Positions 63,864 to 64,000 of a stretch of 64,000 nucleotides of DNA are shown one piece after another. How positions within the stretch are numbered: the stretch's first letter is position 1; each line of letters starts with the position of its first letter. Location: assembly GCA_002633005.1 (NCBI GenBank), contig NMRA01000017.1, forward strand, positions 717,587 to 781,586, in the 5' to 3' direction. This stretch comes from Phoronis australis. Lineage: Eukaryota > Animalia > Phoronida. A program made the position numbers and the translations under genes. The notes below the pieces were generated by a model. The model did no database searches, was not told the DNA's origin, and saw only the letters and a list, made by a program, of their open reading frames with translations.

Positions 63864-63958
63864 TGACGTCTTCCGGTTTGAATAAAACAATATTTGCACT
63901 TGATTGACTTCGTCAATTTCGCCGGGTCATCTGATTGGTTCGCAATGACGACTTCCGG
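63864..63958. promoter_or_regulatory. Cluster of promoter-like motifs (CRE-like TGACGTC, two ETS-like TTCCGG, reverse CCAAT)
   Basis: tgacgtcttccgg at 63864-63876, ctgattggtt at 63931-63940, acttccgg at 63951-63958; could equally be transposon sequence. Confidence 0.3.
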
Positions 63959-64000
63959 CTTACAAAATAATCAAATGTCTTAGCCGGTTGAGCGGTTAAC

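Overview
AT-rich animal (invertebrate-like, intron-containing) genomic DNA. Most entries in the ORF track are spurious. One apparently intact gene is present: the 3' part of a + strand leucine-rich-repeat gene, with 12 GT-AG exons from 639 to 14208 that splice in frame to about 364 aa, and a likely polyA signal at 15058. Its last intron holds a TA-flanked, CCGTA-type (pogo/Tc1-mariner-like) TIR element carrying a stand-alone HIRAN-like ORF but no visible transposase. From about 18 kb to the end there is no intact gene. By-eye translation instead shows colinear, stop- and frameshift-ridden remnants of innate-immunity and cell-death genes: an NLR-type NACHT, two ZU5-ZU5-UPA-death-domain (DTHD1/PIDD-like) genes, several death-domain remnants and a thioester-protein (C3/A2M-like) N-terminal region. 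These are interleaved with Tc1, Penelope, Kolobok-like, P-like and foldback MITE remnants and minisatellites. Two near-identical duplications sit at single-N gaps and are probably uncollapsed alleles; one seems to record a polymorphic TTAA transposon insertion. Pseudogene calls rest on remembered motifs, not on database searches, and their boundaries are approximate.
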